DNA of 64,000 nucleotides, taken from the NCBI GenBank assembly GCA_002269645.1, contig NIVC01001500.1:186001-250000 (forward strand). The letters are read 5' to 3'. Positions 49,891-63,316 of the stretch are shown here, in pieces. Positions within the stretch are counted from its first letter, which is position 1; each line of letters begins with the position of its first letter. The stretch is from Macrostomum lignano (Eukaryota). The notes below the pieces were generated by a model. The model was given only the letters and a program-made list of their open reading frames with translations. It searched no databases and was not told the DNA's origin. The translations under genes and the position numbers were made by a program.

Positions 49891-51555
49891 GAAGAAGTCC
49901 TTATAATGAGATAGTGATATTACTGATAAGATAACGAACTTATTTGAGTCATGTCTTAATAATAGTAGGCCTACTGTCCCTGTACTGACAACTAATATTA
50001 TTAGGCCCTAGTAATTAGAAAAATGAGCATATCTTAAAAAAATAATTCTCACACGTCTTCCTAAATACTTATGCTTTCGTTTATATTTGATACCAATCTG
50101 CTAATCAACCATTGCATAAAATTGATAAATAATAAATAATAAATCAACCAATTGAAGAAACAAGCACAGTAGTAAGATGTACATAAACTTTTCAGAAGCC
50201 TGAAAAGGCTTAATTAAAGAATTTCTACTGTAGTGACCTTCGCGAAAGTTCTATACCGTACGATGATGTTTATTTCTGGAAAATTCTGCGATAGAATACA
50301 AGTTAAATTCTAGAAACTTCTTTCATTAGCTATTTTTAATTTTATAGTAAATATTTCTATTCAATAGATATTTAATCACTGTAATTTATGCTCATACTAA
50401 ATATGAATACCGTACGTACAATACTAACTATAGAATTTGTTTTACTGCACTAGAACGATTCAGAAATTTCCGGAAGACTAAATTACAGTATACAGATACA
50501 GTATCCGAATCAGCATTTTTCTCCAAGCCTCTTCGATACTCAAGCAACTCAAGAGCTAACACAAAGAAGCAAAAACAAATGCAAACCACTGCCTAGCTCT
50601 GCCTTCTTCCTTTCTCAGTCGCTACACTAATGTTACGTATTCTAGGAATGTAATGTATCAACTATTTACTTACTGTAATTGTTATGGTATTATTTGTTAT
50701 GAATAGTGTTTTGTATGCAAATATAAGGTAAAACCAGTTTAAACTGGTTAGGCGCATGTTGAGCAGTTGGTCTCTCAGGTGGCTGCCAGTAACCATTAGA
50801 CGCAATTCATAATAGACACAGACATCACACTACCCGCCGTAGACATACATGTAGACTTATACGAGAATATTACATTATTTAAGTTTACTTAGAGCGTAGG
50901 TAATATCCGAACTACTATTACTATTATTAGCCCATCCCAATACCAATATTATCCTAAATATAATAGTTACAGCCAGCGCGTGCCACCTAATCTATCTGGA
51001 TCATTAATCAAGGACTTCTAGACTAACAGGACGTAAAACTCAAAGATCGTGCAATTTTTTGGAGGCCACGATTTCCTGGAAAAAATACACTGCGAAGATA
51101 GGAAAAAATCAGTTTTTCGTCACAAAATCTGTGATTGTATTTGATCTGGGGCAGTCAAGACTACCATTCTTTTAATTTAACATGCACAATATGTTACTCT
51201 ATTATATTTTCATATAGTTGTGTAGTGAAGTTTTCATTTTCATATTGTTTTCACTTTATTTCATAAGCCCAAAGTTGCAAACTCACAAGTGGCATTAGCC
51301 AAATATCAAATTCAAGAAAAGAAAAGCTATTCAAATTTGTAATATAATAATATTTTTAGCCTTTAAAATAAAAATTATAAAAGGACTAATCAATGTTTTT
51401 TCTTATAGATATCTAGTAAAAATGGTTAGGGCCTATTTTTGTGATTAAGTCTATTCTTCTTAAATCTTAGTCCTAAATATAGGCTTGGCTTAAAAACTGA
51501 TAATACAGCTTTCTCAAGCCTAGGTAACCAACCATATGAAACTATTTATTGGTAA

Positions 51556-51816
51556 TCTATATATAATAAAAAAATCTACATATACTAATCTTTAAGTCAT
51601 TGTCTAAATTTAATTACTTATTAGGCTAGATAGTGTAGTGATAGGTCTAGTTCTAGTTCCCAGTGAGCTCCGCGAAACCCACAAACCCAAGGACACGCGC
51701 TCGCGCGTGTCCTTGTGTTTGTGGGGTGAGCGGAGCGAACGCGCGAGGCACAAAGTGCCGAGCATGAGGAACAAACAGCCAGCCAATGCGCGAAGCGCAT
51801 TGGGTGGTCTGGCTTG
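51556..51816 (+). mobile_element. Short non-autonomous Helitron-like element
   Basis: A|TCTATATATAATAAAA 5' end, 3' hairpin CCAATGCGC-GAA-GCGCATTGG (51783-51803), CTTG|T end. Confidence 0.5.
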
Positions 51817-54489
51817 TGACGAATATAATAATATGAGACGTGTGCATCGAAAAAATGACAAGAAAAATCTCACAAAAACTGCTGTAACTTCAAAACTACA
51901 AGTGCGAATTTCACAAGTGAGGTGTCATTTTAAAGAGAAGAATCTGATCTATTTAACGAGTATAGTTTTGTATGGATTCACTGCGGAGAAAAGGAACAGG
52001 CTTCAGTTGAAATGTTTGTCTTAAGATTATGTCTTTACAAAAGTGCATTTCCTCATGCACATTAAAACTCGAGCTAAAAATGTTCGAGGGTTATAGGTGC
52101 GCCTTACTAAGATGCATAACATTATTGGGTTGTTTTTTTCAATTGTATCAAAAAGTTGGCACTTTGGTTGCAAAAAATGCAAAAATTGAAAATGTACTTT
52201 TACAGTTTTTTGCATTTTTTTCTATACTGCTAATAGTTAAGCATACATACTATGCACCAATTGATGCGCAATTCAAAGATACACAAGTGTGGAAGTTTTC
52301 AATTCTTAAACATTTGAAATCAGAAAGTTATCGACGAAAGACTAAAAATCATGATCTCAAACTGATTTGAGGAAAAGTGCTCATTATAATTTTTGGAATA
52401 TGGAAGAAACAATTCAACGCCGTCATCTAATTCCAAACTAACTGTACTTTAAGGTACTGCGATGATTTTTTTATTGAAAGAGCGAAACCTGTTTAAATAT
52501 TTGAAAAAATGGAAAAAAAGTACCTTTTTTTCATAGAAATACACTCTTTTGACTGCTTAATCCGATTTCCAACAACAAAATAGTTGCTTTCCTGCTGGTG
52601 CAAACCGTTATTAGGGTGAATTTTCAAAATTGCATACTGTGCCAAAAGTAAACTGAAGCTTAATATTTATAAACATTAGAAACGGGACCACTAATGGGTA
52701 TTTTACTTTGGTTACTTACTATGGACTAAACTGGCACTGGCAGAGACAGATTTGAGAGAAACTAATTGCTCCATTGTATTTGGCTCCAGCGTTACAAATT
52801 ACAATAGCTATTTCGGGGTCTAACCGGCTAAGTTATCAAAAAAGCTAGATACCAATCACCAGTTTCATCATCAGCTATACCTACCACGATTTTATAGTCA
52901 CATGCAACAGTAATACCCTCCTTTAAAAGTTTTCAATATCTAAAATGATGTGTTAAATTTTATAAAATTTCATAAACAGTGAAATTTTAGCTGTTTACGT
53001 GCTGGTGGTTTGAACGTAGCTACTTTGTGCGAAAATACACTGTCATTAATACCGTACCTATTATTGTATTTATTGTATTGAAAGTTGATGTGTAAATTGT
53101 ACTTTTCTATTTTTTTGTCATTCGTTATCGCACTCGGGCCGGCCTGCCTGCCTTGTGGGGTGTGGTGGCCTTGGCCACTTTCTCCCCCTTCTGCTAGGAT
53201 CCAAAGCAAGCTTTCAAGTGTACATTTAATATTATCGATCGATTATTTAAAACAAGCCTCTAGTGGCTGGTGTTGAGAGTGAGTGGCCTTGAGTGTACGC
53301 GAAAGCAAGAGGAAGCCCATGGGCGGACTATATGAACCTTCCTTTAGTGGAAAGTTGGGCCTTGTGCATTGGATAGTGTACGCTACACAAGACAGAAGGT
53401 AAAGAGAAAGAGAACGACAGGCTAGCCAATAGCGATAGCATGTGCTTCTTTCTCTCCAGTCCACTATGGTAGGGGGGGGAGGGGGGTGTCAGACGGCCCA
53501 ACTCTAACCCCCATACCCAAAACAGCGTACATGTAGAATAAGAAGGGATTGGGTCCAGATAAGTCTTCCCAAATGTACATGTATGTACAAAGACAAACAC
53601 AGACAAGAAAAATGGCTCTAAAAACCATTGTTATTGTTACACTGTGTGTCTATTTTTATTAACTTGACTTTGACTTGTCTTTACTCTAGCATGGTCAAGG
53701 ATAATTACTGTTACTTCATACCTAATTTACAATTAATTGCATAAGATTAAGAAGGAATAATACAATCGAGGTCGAACCCATGATCACTTGACCCACCCAC
53801 CCATGATCACTTCTGATTCTGACCTACATGTATCTACTATATCCTGCCAGTTTCTCCAGTTTTATGGGTCTTGGTGTCGGTGATTCGAGCAATTCCATTA
53901 CATTTTATCGGTGCAGTGCGTCTATTAATGCTTAGCTACTTGTATATGTGTTGCAGAACTTATGCTCGTAGTTTCCCTTCTAGGTAGGGGGCGACCCAGT
54001 CCCGGGCCCGGGCCCGAAAAGTCGGGAATCCCGACCAAAATCGTGGCCCGACCCGGGCCCGGGCCCGAACCTAAAAAAGTCGGGAAATCGGGACAAGTCT
54101 TTTTTCCCTAAAGGCACTAACCGCGTGCGAATAAGAAAAAATTATTTTTCAACACATTCACACTAATTTACCCTTAATTCCAGCCCCAGGAAAATGCAAC
54201 TGCAACTGCAAGGCATGACTGCATGAGGCATCTCTGTCTCTGGTCGGTCACTGACCTCACCTCGACCTCACCTGACCTGACTGTGAGCGGTCTGTGATTC
54301 TATGAAGCTGTCGGTCACTCACTGTCACTGGTGACTGGTGTCAGTCAAGCTCAAGCCTGTCTGCCCTGCCCCGGCTGTCCGTGAAGTTCGGTGATGCCTG
54401 GTGCTGCTCCCATCCCGATTCCCGATGTCCAGTCCAGGTCCAGGCTGCCAAGTCCGAGTGCCGATGCCGACTCCCGTTCCCGTTCCGTC

Positions 54490-57400
54490 TAGGGGGCGAC
54501 CGGGACGGCCAAAGTCGGGCCCGGGTCGGGCCCGGGAATGAGGACTCGGGCCCGGGTCGGGCCTCGGGAATTCGGGACAAGATCTTTAAGACAGCTCAAT
54601 AATTGGAAAAAATCATAATAAATCTTAATACTTTTAGCATATGCGGATTACTATTAAATATATAATAAATATATTAATATATTAAATCTATAATAAATAT
54701 ATGATAAACATTAAATATATTATAATATATAAATATATGAAATATATAATAATATATAAATATAATATATTATATTAAATATATAATAAATATTATTTTT
54801 ATTTAATACATTAGTTAAGACTTCAGAATAGATAAGAGTTACATTAAAAGACTTAATACTCAAATATCAATATACTCAATAGTTCAAATTCAATGTCACT
54901 GTGTGGCACAAGTACTGTGTGTGTGCCAGTGACAGTGACACTAACACTTAACAGGCAGTGAGGTAGGCAAGCAGGCACTGAGGTAGTGCGGCTGGCACTG
55001 GCAGTGGCAGTAAGCAAAAAGAAGAAAAGCTGAAGCATTAAGTGTAAGGCACTTGGCATTGGAAGCAGTAAGGAAGTAAGAACCAAATCAATTGATTGAT
55101 TCTTTTATTTGAATTTTTAGTTTCTTTACATAGCTTCAATGTAAAGAGCCATGTACACAGTCAGTATTCAGTAAGACAACAAGACAAGACAACAGAACAG
55201 AACACAAGTGAAGTGACAACACAACACAACACTCAACTGTCTCAACAGAACAGGCAAACAGACAATGGAAATACAAGTAATTAGCTGATACCTGCCTACC
55301 TGCTCACCTACCTACCTAAACGAATATGATTACGAATACGATACTGAGTCTACAACTACAACTACCTACATACATGCGCAACTTCTGAAATTACGCTGGC
55401 CGTGCGACTTAGTTTTCGATCAAAAATGCGACTTACCTATGTTAGAAAGCTAAAAAATTGTGGGTAAACGGCAGGAGTAACTATGACCACATTTTAAAGG
55501 CTAAATGCCTCGCCAGCTAATTAGTGCTGATTTCGCGGTTTTTATAACAGCTAATCAGTATATCATCTAGTGGCGGCCTCAGGCAATTAGTAATGACAAT
55601 GAGTAAAGACATGTAAAGACAAAAGTTATGATTCATAAATGTCTAGAAGTAAGTGAAGTGAAGACAGTGTGACCTATAGCTCAAGAATAATTTCACTTGC
55701 TAGACGATTTGGCATGGAAGATGAGAGCCCTGATTCAGATGGCTCATCAGATGCAGAATAAAAATCCAGTGGAGATACAAGCTGTGAAAACCCACAGATT
55801 TTTAAACTGCTGAATTCCAATTCCTAGAACTATTTTGCATAGATTCTTAAATTTGAAGTCATGCACAAACAAAAACTTGTTAACAGTTAGGAAAAAGGCA
55901 AACAAGGATGGGAGTAAATGCATGTTAAATTAAGATTTGAGGCCTTTGCAAATTCTCTCCTTTCCTCAATCTTCTCATCCTCTTTTTCTTTTCTCTCTCA
56001 TCCCTCATCCCTTCTCTTTTTCCTCTCCTCTCTTATCTCTTCTGTCTCCTCTCTACATTATTATCTCTCCTCTCGTCTCTCTCCACTTCACTCTACTCTC
56101 ATCTTATCCCTCCTCTTGTCTCTCTCCTCTTATCTCCTCCTTATCCTCTCTTCTCTCGTCTACTCTCTTATCTCCTTTCTTCTCTCCTCTTTCCTCTCTT
56201 TTCTGATCTCATCCATCATCATATCTTTCCTCTTTCCTCTCATCTCTCTTATCTCTCTCCTCACTCAGCTTTTCTCTCATCTTCTATCTTTTCTCCCATC
56301 GCATCGCTCGCCTCCCATCGCATCGCTCGCCTCCCATCGCATCGCTCGCCTCTCCTCTGTTTGCTTATCTCCAATCTTCTATTCCCTCTACTTTGAAGTA
56401 AGAAAATATGCACACATTTTTGCTGAAGATAAGAGGAGAGAACAGGGAATTAAGGAGAAAGGGTAGAGAGAAAAGGGGAGAAAGGAGAGGGGAGAAGAGA
56501 GGAGAGTAAAAATGAGAGGAGAGAGAAAAGGGAAAAGGGGGGAGAGAGCGAAGAGGGGAGGCAAGGTAGAGAAGAAGAGAGAGATGAGAGTTGAAGAAAT
56601 ACCAACCTTGCTAGTTAGAAAGTTTCAAAGAACCCGAGGGGCGAGGGCCAGATAGAGGGGCTTCGCGAGCTGGAGTTTGCCAACCCCTGCTCCAGAGTTA
56701 AAGAAATCAATGGGAAACTGTTGACATAGGCTGCTGATTTCAAAGATCTTGTCTGTGGTTAAAGGCTTCTATTCTGTTTTTGCTCTCCTGCCACACTTGC
56801 ACCTACTACCCCCTGATTGCCTCTGATTGTGACTTACTTCCCTCTTATTGCGACTTAGTTGCTCCTTTTGCGACTTACCTAATCCTTTTGCGACTTGACC
56901 TAATCCTTTTTGCGACTTACCTAATCCTTTTGCGACTTACCTAATCCTTTTTGCGACTTACCTAATCTTTTTTGCGACTTACCTAATCCTTTTGCGACTT
57001 AGTTGCTCCTTTTGCGACTTACCTAATCCTTTTTGCGACTTAGTTGCTCCTTTTGCGACTTACCTAATCCTTTTTGCGACTTAGTTGCTCCTTTTGCGAC
57101 TTACCTAATCCTCTTTGCAACTTAGTTGCTCCTTTTGCGACTTACCTAATCCTTTTGCGACGTACCTAATCCTCTTTGCAACTTAGTTGCTCCTTTTGCG
57201 ACTTACTTAACCCTTTTGCGACTTATCTAATCTTTTTTTGCAACTTAGTTGCTCCTTTTGTGACTTACCTAATTATTTGTGTAACTTAATTTGCTTCTGC
57301 TGCAACTTGTTTTTCTTTTGCTTCACCATTTTACTTCCCTGTATTGCTCTTTCCTCTTGCCTTTTTTCGTTTTTGGTCAACTCAATTTTGCGACTTACCC

Positions 57401-58083
57401 TGGTCCACCACAATTTACGGTGGCCGGATCGGCCAGCTCGGCCAGCAGTTGCGCATGTATGACTACCTACGAATACAATACAAATATGAACACGATTACA
57501 AACTCTGATAGATAGCAAACTTCTTGGAAAAATGGTAGCCTTGGCCCTTAATAGGTACTTCTTGGAACGTAAATAGGAAATGTTATTTACAAAAGCTTAA
57601 AAATGACAAATCAACTTTTTAAAAAATCATATTTTTGCTTTTAGGCTGCAGCCTGCAGCGTGTAAAGTGGAATCAATATTGCATCAACTATGTTTTAATT
57701 TTATCTTCCTGGAAAAAATCCGATCTTCCTGGAAAGTGGAAACTGGCTGTGGCTGACGCTCACGGTCACAGACGCTCACGCTTAGAGCCTACTACGAATC
57801 AATGATATTGCTACTTCACATCATATCATCTATTACTATTACTGCAGTCGTGCAGTGCTTGAGTCTTGAGTGCTGATGCAATGCTTAACTGAGTGTTGTG
57901 CTGTGCTGTGAATAAAAATAATTTTATTCTTATTTGCACGCGGTTAGACTGTGCCTTTAGGGAAAAAAGACTTGTCCCGATTTCCCGACTTTTTTAGGGT
58001 CGGGCCCGGGCCCGGGTCGGGCCACGATTTTGGTCGGGATTCCCGACTTTTCGGGCCCGGGCCCGGGACTGGGTCGCCCCCTA
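54490..58083 (+). mobile_element. Same hAT family, inner copy inserted in opposite orientation into its own relative
   Basis: Same TIRs; 8-bp TSD GTTCCGTC (54482-54489, 58084-58091); internal sequence is inverted relative to 58820-60171. Confidence 0.9.
55369..57461. mobile_element. DNA transposon with TIR CATACATGCGCAACT and 8-bp TSD; carries CT-rich tracts and a TTTGCGACTTACCTAATCC array (56850-57290)
   Basis: ACTACCTA at 55361-55368 and 57462-57469; the outer hAT copy shows the empty site (~59227-59240). Confidence 0.85.
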
Positions 58084-61000
58084 GTTCCGTCACCGTCCTG
58101 AGTCTTGGACAGCTGGACTCCTGTCCTGAGTCCTGACTCCCACTCGAGCTTGAGTCAAGTAACCCACTCACTTAACTAAACAGTCAGATTCGAATTTTCG
58201 AGTGTACATGTACGACAATAAAATTACATACTGTTCAAAATTGATGATACATATCATACAATATACATACAATATAGATATATGTATATATATATATATG
58301 TAATACTGATAGACTGATAGTGATATCATATCTGATACCGATTTATTGAAATTGACATCGTAAAAGATTACTGACTTCTGAGTTTTGACTTTTTCCTTTT
58401 TTATCACTTTCGTTTCGTCTGGACTCCTGGAGTGGAGAAGAGAAGTTGAGTGGAGGCCGAGGCCCGAGGGTGGACTGGACTGGACTTTGAACTTTCTGGG
58501 CTCGTGGAGTGGAGTCGTGTCGTGTCTGAGGCGTGAGTCGTGACTTGTGACTGATTCGTGATTCGCGAGTTTTGTTTTGACCGTGACGGTGACTCGTGAT
58601 TGTGTAGTGACTCGTGAGTCGTGATCGTGACTCCGTAAGTGACGGACTACAGACGGAGTGCTAAAAATCACTGCTAGGCTAGTGCTATAAGTATCGAGTA
58701 ATTATTACTGTCACTTTCGTTAGAATTATACAGTGTAGTGTAGTGTACTCTAATCAATAATCATTTCATCGTCATCCGTCATGTCAGGTCAGTGGTCAGG
58801 ACTCAGGACTCAGGATCAGGACAGCACAACACTCAGTTAAGCATCGCATCAGTAATAGTAATAGATTTAGTATATTTAGATGATATGATGTGAAGTAGCA
58901 ATATCATTGATTCGTAGTAGGCTCTTAGCGTGAGCGTCTGTGACCGTGAGCGTCAGCCACAGCCAGTTTCCACTTTCCAGGAAGATCGGATTTTTTTCCA
59001 GGAAGATAAAATTAAAACATAGTTTTGCAATACTTTTTTGCAATATTGATTCCACTTTACACGCTGCAGGCTGCAGCCTAAAAGCAAAAATATGATTCTT
59101 TAAAAAGTTTATTTGTCATTTTTAAGCTTTTGTAAATAACATTTCCTATTTACATTCCAAGAAGGCTACCATTTTTCCAAGAAGTTTGCTATCTATTAGA
59201 GTTTGTAATCGTGTTCATATTTGTATCGTAGGTAGTCGTAGTCGTAGACTTGTAGTATCGTATTCGTAATCATATTCGTTTAAGTAGGTAGGTGAGCAGG
59301 TAGGCAGGTATCAGCTAATTACTTGTATTTCCATTGTCTGTTTGCCTGTTCTGTTGAGACAGTTGAGTGTTGTGTTGTGTTGTCACTTCACTTGTGTTCT
59401 GTTCTGTTATCTTGTCTTGTTGTCTTACTGAATACTGACTGTGTACATGGCTCTTTACATTGAAGCTATGTAAAGGATCTAAAAATTCAAATAAAAGAAT
59501 CAATCAATTGATTTGGTTCTTACTTCCTTACTGCTTCCTATGCCAAGTGCCTTATACTTAATGCTTCAGCTTTTCTTCTTTTGCTTACTGCCACTGCCAG
59601 TGCCAGCCGCACTGCCGCAGTGACTGCTTGCCTACCTCACTGCTTGTTAGTATCACTGTCACTGGCACACACACAGTACTTGTGCCACACACTCACACAG
59701 TGACATTGAATTTGAACTATTGAGTATATTGATATTTGAGTATTAAGTCTTTTAATGTAACTCTTATCTTATTCTGAAGTCTTAACTAATGTATTAAATA
59801 ATAATAATATTTATTGTATATTTATTATATTTAAATTTAAATATTTATTATATTTAATATAATATATTATATTTATTATATTTATATATTATTATATATT
59901 TAATATATTTATATATTATAATATATTTAATGTTTATCATATATTTATTATACATTTAATATATTATATTAAATTTAATATATTGATATATTTATTATAT
60001 ATTTAATAGTAATCCGCATATGCTAAAAGTATTAAGATTTATTATGATTTTTTTCCAATTATTGAGCTGTCCTAAAGATCTTGTCCCGAATTCCCGAGGC
60101 CCGACCCGGGCCCGAGTCCTCATTCCCGGGCCCGACCCGGGCCCGACTTTGGCCGTCCCGGTCGCCCCCTACTTCTAGGGATGTTGACCCCGGGAGTGCT
60201 CCCCGGGAAGCTTGTCGGGGAATACTCTCCGGGGAATTTTACCGGGGACCCTGGGGAGAAAAAATATGAAAAAATGCATTTGTAACTTAATTTTTGCCAT
60301 TAAAATAAGAAACTGATTCACAGAAAGCTGATTGAAACTCTGTCTATGCTCTTTTACCGCATAATTGCTTATTTCAATGCATTACATGTATTTGAAACAC
60401 AACACACGTTTGATTGTTTTTTCACTAATAAGTCATTCAATCAAGCAAATTGCACGTAGAAAAGAAACCCGTCAGGAAAAAGAAGCCTTACTGACTAGTG
60501 ACTGCTGTGTTGGTCTGCGTTGACGGCTTGACGCAGGCGCAGCGCTGCGTCATGCGTCAGGCACTGACGCATAGGGGGGTGTCATACATATACTCCCTAT
60601 TAGACAAGGACAAAATGGTGATTTACATATATATGCAAGAAATAAAATTCCGATTATAAAAACAGTCTCATTCATTAATTATCCTCTCACGAGCGTAGCT
60701 GTTTAGCATGCATTCCAACAAATGCACTTTTCCGATAAAGGTGCGCGCACGATTTCGTGATGCCACATTGTCAAATACAGTTTAAAAAAACATTGTTTAA
60801 AATTTTTACCCCTGCGCCTTGAACATGTAGTACAAAGCTTAAATCAAAGTTTAAAAAATTCCACTTACAATTTAAGTGATCCGCCGTTTTTACTTATTTT
60901 TTCTTTTCACCGGGGTCCCCGATAAGATAATTCCCTGGGGAATCGACATCCCTAATTCCCTTCCTATAAATCATTTGACGTTAGAGACATTTTACAACTC

Positions 61001-61952
61001 TCGCCCTACTTTATCTATTAGGCTAACTTTATGTATGACACGACGCAAAATATTAGGAGCATCAGCGTTAATAATGCCTTGAAAGTCTTTAAATAATCGA
61101 TACAACACTAGGTATTATAAAATTCCAACCCCAAAGCTCACTGGGGCGAAAAGACTTTGTCTTCATTAACTAGTAGGCCTAGGAATTAGTAAAGTTACTA
61201 AACCAACAATAATAGCTTAAGACTAAGAGTACCTACATGCAATGTTTTTATACTTTATTTTAAAAAGAACAACACAAAAAGTTTGGCTAATGCCACTTGT
61301 GAGTTTGCAACTTTGGGCCCATGAAATAAAGTGAAAACAATATGAAAATGAAAACTTCACTACACAGCTATATGAAAATATAATAGAGTAACATATTGTG
61401 CATGTTAAATTAAAAGAATGGTAGTCTTGACTGCCCCAGATCAAATACAATCACAGATTTTGTGACGAAAAACTGATTTTTTCCTATCTTCGCAGTGTAT
61501 TTTTTCCAGGAAATCGTGGCCTCCAAAAAATTGCACGATCTTTGAGTTTTACGTCCTGTTAGTCTAGAAGTCCTTGTCATTAATATTGTAATATATACAG
61601 TCGACCTATATTAACCTTTACAAATATTAAACCTAATTGCTCTGCAGAGTTTTTGTTTCAATTTCTTTTACTCAACTTCAGTACAGATAATTTGAATGGC
61701 GGCGACCACAAAAATTATAATTATTACAATATCGAATTTTGAATATTATTATTTAACAGACTAGTTCTCTGAAATGTTGTTTTAAACAAAATTTTACATA
61801 CAAAACTGACACTTACATGTTTTACAATATATCATTATATAAAATAAATTTCAAAATATACATAGTTACATTTTACTTATTCTTAATACTATAATTTTTT
61901 GTACTTTGAGCTCTCAAAGGTTGCAGACAAAATGACCACGCGCCATTGTTAA

Positions 61953-62185
61953 TTACATTACATTACATTACATTACAACGACGCTACGGTTGGGGGGCGC
62001 TAGCGCGCACACGATTGCGAAAAAGAGGGGCAGGGCAGATCGCAGCAGTCTGGGGGGTCAGTCCAATTGCCTCCAGGTCGGCAACGTGTCTCCCGGAGCG
62101 TCTGGGTCCGCCCTTGGCCGCGGCAGAACCGTTCGGTCGGCGCGTACAGAACGGCCAGTCCGAGCGGGTTGTCAAACCGCCGCAG
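61953..62185 (-). mobile_element. 3' end of an RTE-like LINE with (TGTAA)n tail
   Basis: Minus-strand GGPRR..DLEAIGLTPQTAA..RNRVRASAPQP*, then (TGTAA)5. Confidence 0.55.
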
Positions 62186-63316
62186 CCCAATGAACCACCA
62201 GACGTCGAACTGACGTCATATTTAGGTCTAAATTGGTCGGTTTGGTCGGGCAGTTCTTTTGGTTAGTTTTATAAGTCTTATGGACGTTCAACCGACGTTA
62301 AAGAAAAAAGCAACTTTTTTGACTAGTGTAAGAAAAATAGAATTGCTTAAATCGAAAGATGGAAAAAATAAAAAGGAAATATATTATGTTTTTGCTTAGT
62401 CTGTTAAGACGAAAATCATAGCGAATATTTTTATGAATAGTATTTCTTATAACGGACAAATTTCAAACGAAAATTTTACCACATTTCGCTCTTGCAATGT
62501 TTGCATGCTTTGAACTTTGAAGACTGTCCTGAATTATTATACTGAAATATTTTCAGATACTATTTATTCTAAAGAAAATAACCTCTTAATATCATTATTT
62601 ATCTACTACAATAACAATGAAGAGAATGAGCTAACGTTATCAGTTTCAGTATATATATAATTATACTTATCTTAGGCCTATGACTTATGAGTTATTAGAA
62701 CTTATGATATTAATAGCATACTTATAGAAAAAAAAATTGACAAAATTCTTTGTGGTTTTGCTAATAAGAGTTTATTTATTAAAATAAGATATATATATAG
62801 GTTAGCTTTATGGCCTTGGGCTTGGCTTTACACTTAAAAAGGTTGTTAGTAGGCCTATGCTAGAAATTTCCAGCTTATCAATTGACAGTTTAACTATTTG
62901 GGAACTTTTAACTTTTAGGGACTTTTAGGGACTATAATAAAGGTCCCATGATTTGCCAAACAATAAATATGCAGAGAGTAGAGAAGACTAATAGTATTTG
63001 CAACTAAGTTTTGCAATCTAAATTACAGAAAGCATTAAAATATTAATTACTTAAAAAAACTATGATGCTTAAAAATATATGCTTTTGCTTTTGCAGGTTA
63101 AAATTGAAAAATTGGTTGGCCTACATTTTATTTAGCTTAGGCCTATACTAAAACACTAGGCCAATATAATTTTTTTTCAATTTCAACTAAGCATTTTCTG
63201 TCTTAAAACTATTTGAATATCTTTCAAAATCTCATTGGAGACATTATATAAACCATTAGACTTCTAGTAATAATTTTGTTTTTAATTTTTTGTTTCAGAT
63301 GTTTTAATTAGGCCTA

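Larger units (their letters stand above)
53985..60171 (-). mobile_element. hAT-like non-autonomous element, outer copy
   Basis: TIR TAGGGGGCGACC; perfect 8-bp TSD CTTCTAGG (53977-53984, 60172-60179). Confidence 0.9.
53981..60954. mobile_element. hAT-MITE (TIR TAGGGATG) interrupted 4 bp inside its left end; remainder at 60180-60954
   Basis: TAGG|...GATGTTGA at left and TCGACATCCCTA at right; TTCCCTTC on both flanks (1-bp offset). Confidence 0.65.
51009..61576. mobile_element. 10.6-kb DNA transposon with ~290-bp TIRs (CAAGGACTTCTAG...) and 8-bp TSD; possibly P-superfamily; filled with nested insertions
   Basis: 51009-51303 is inverted at 61281-61576; TCATTAAT at 51001-51008 and 61577-61584. 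Confidence 0.85.
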
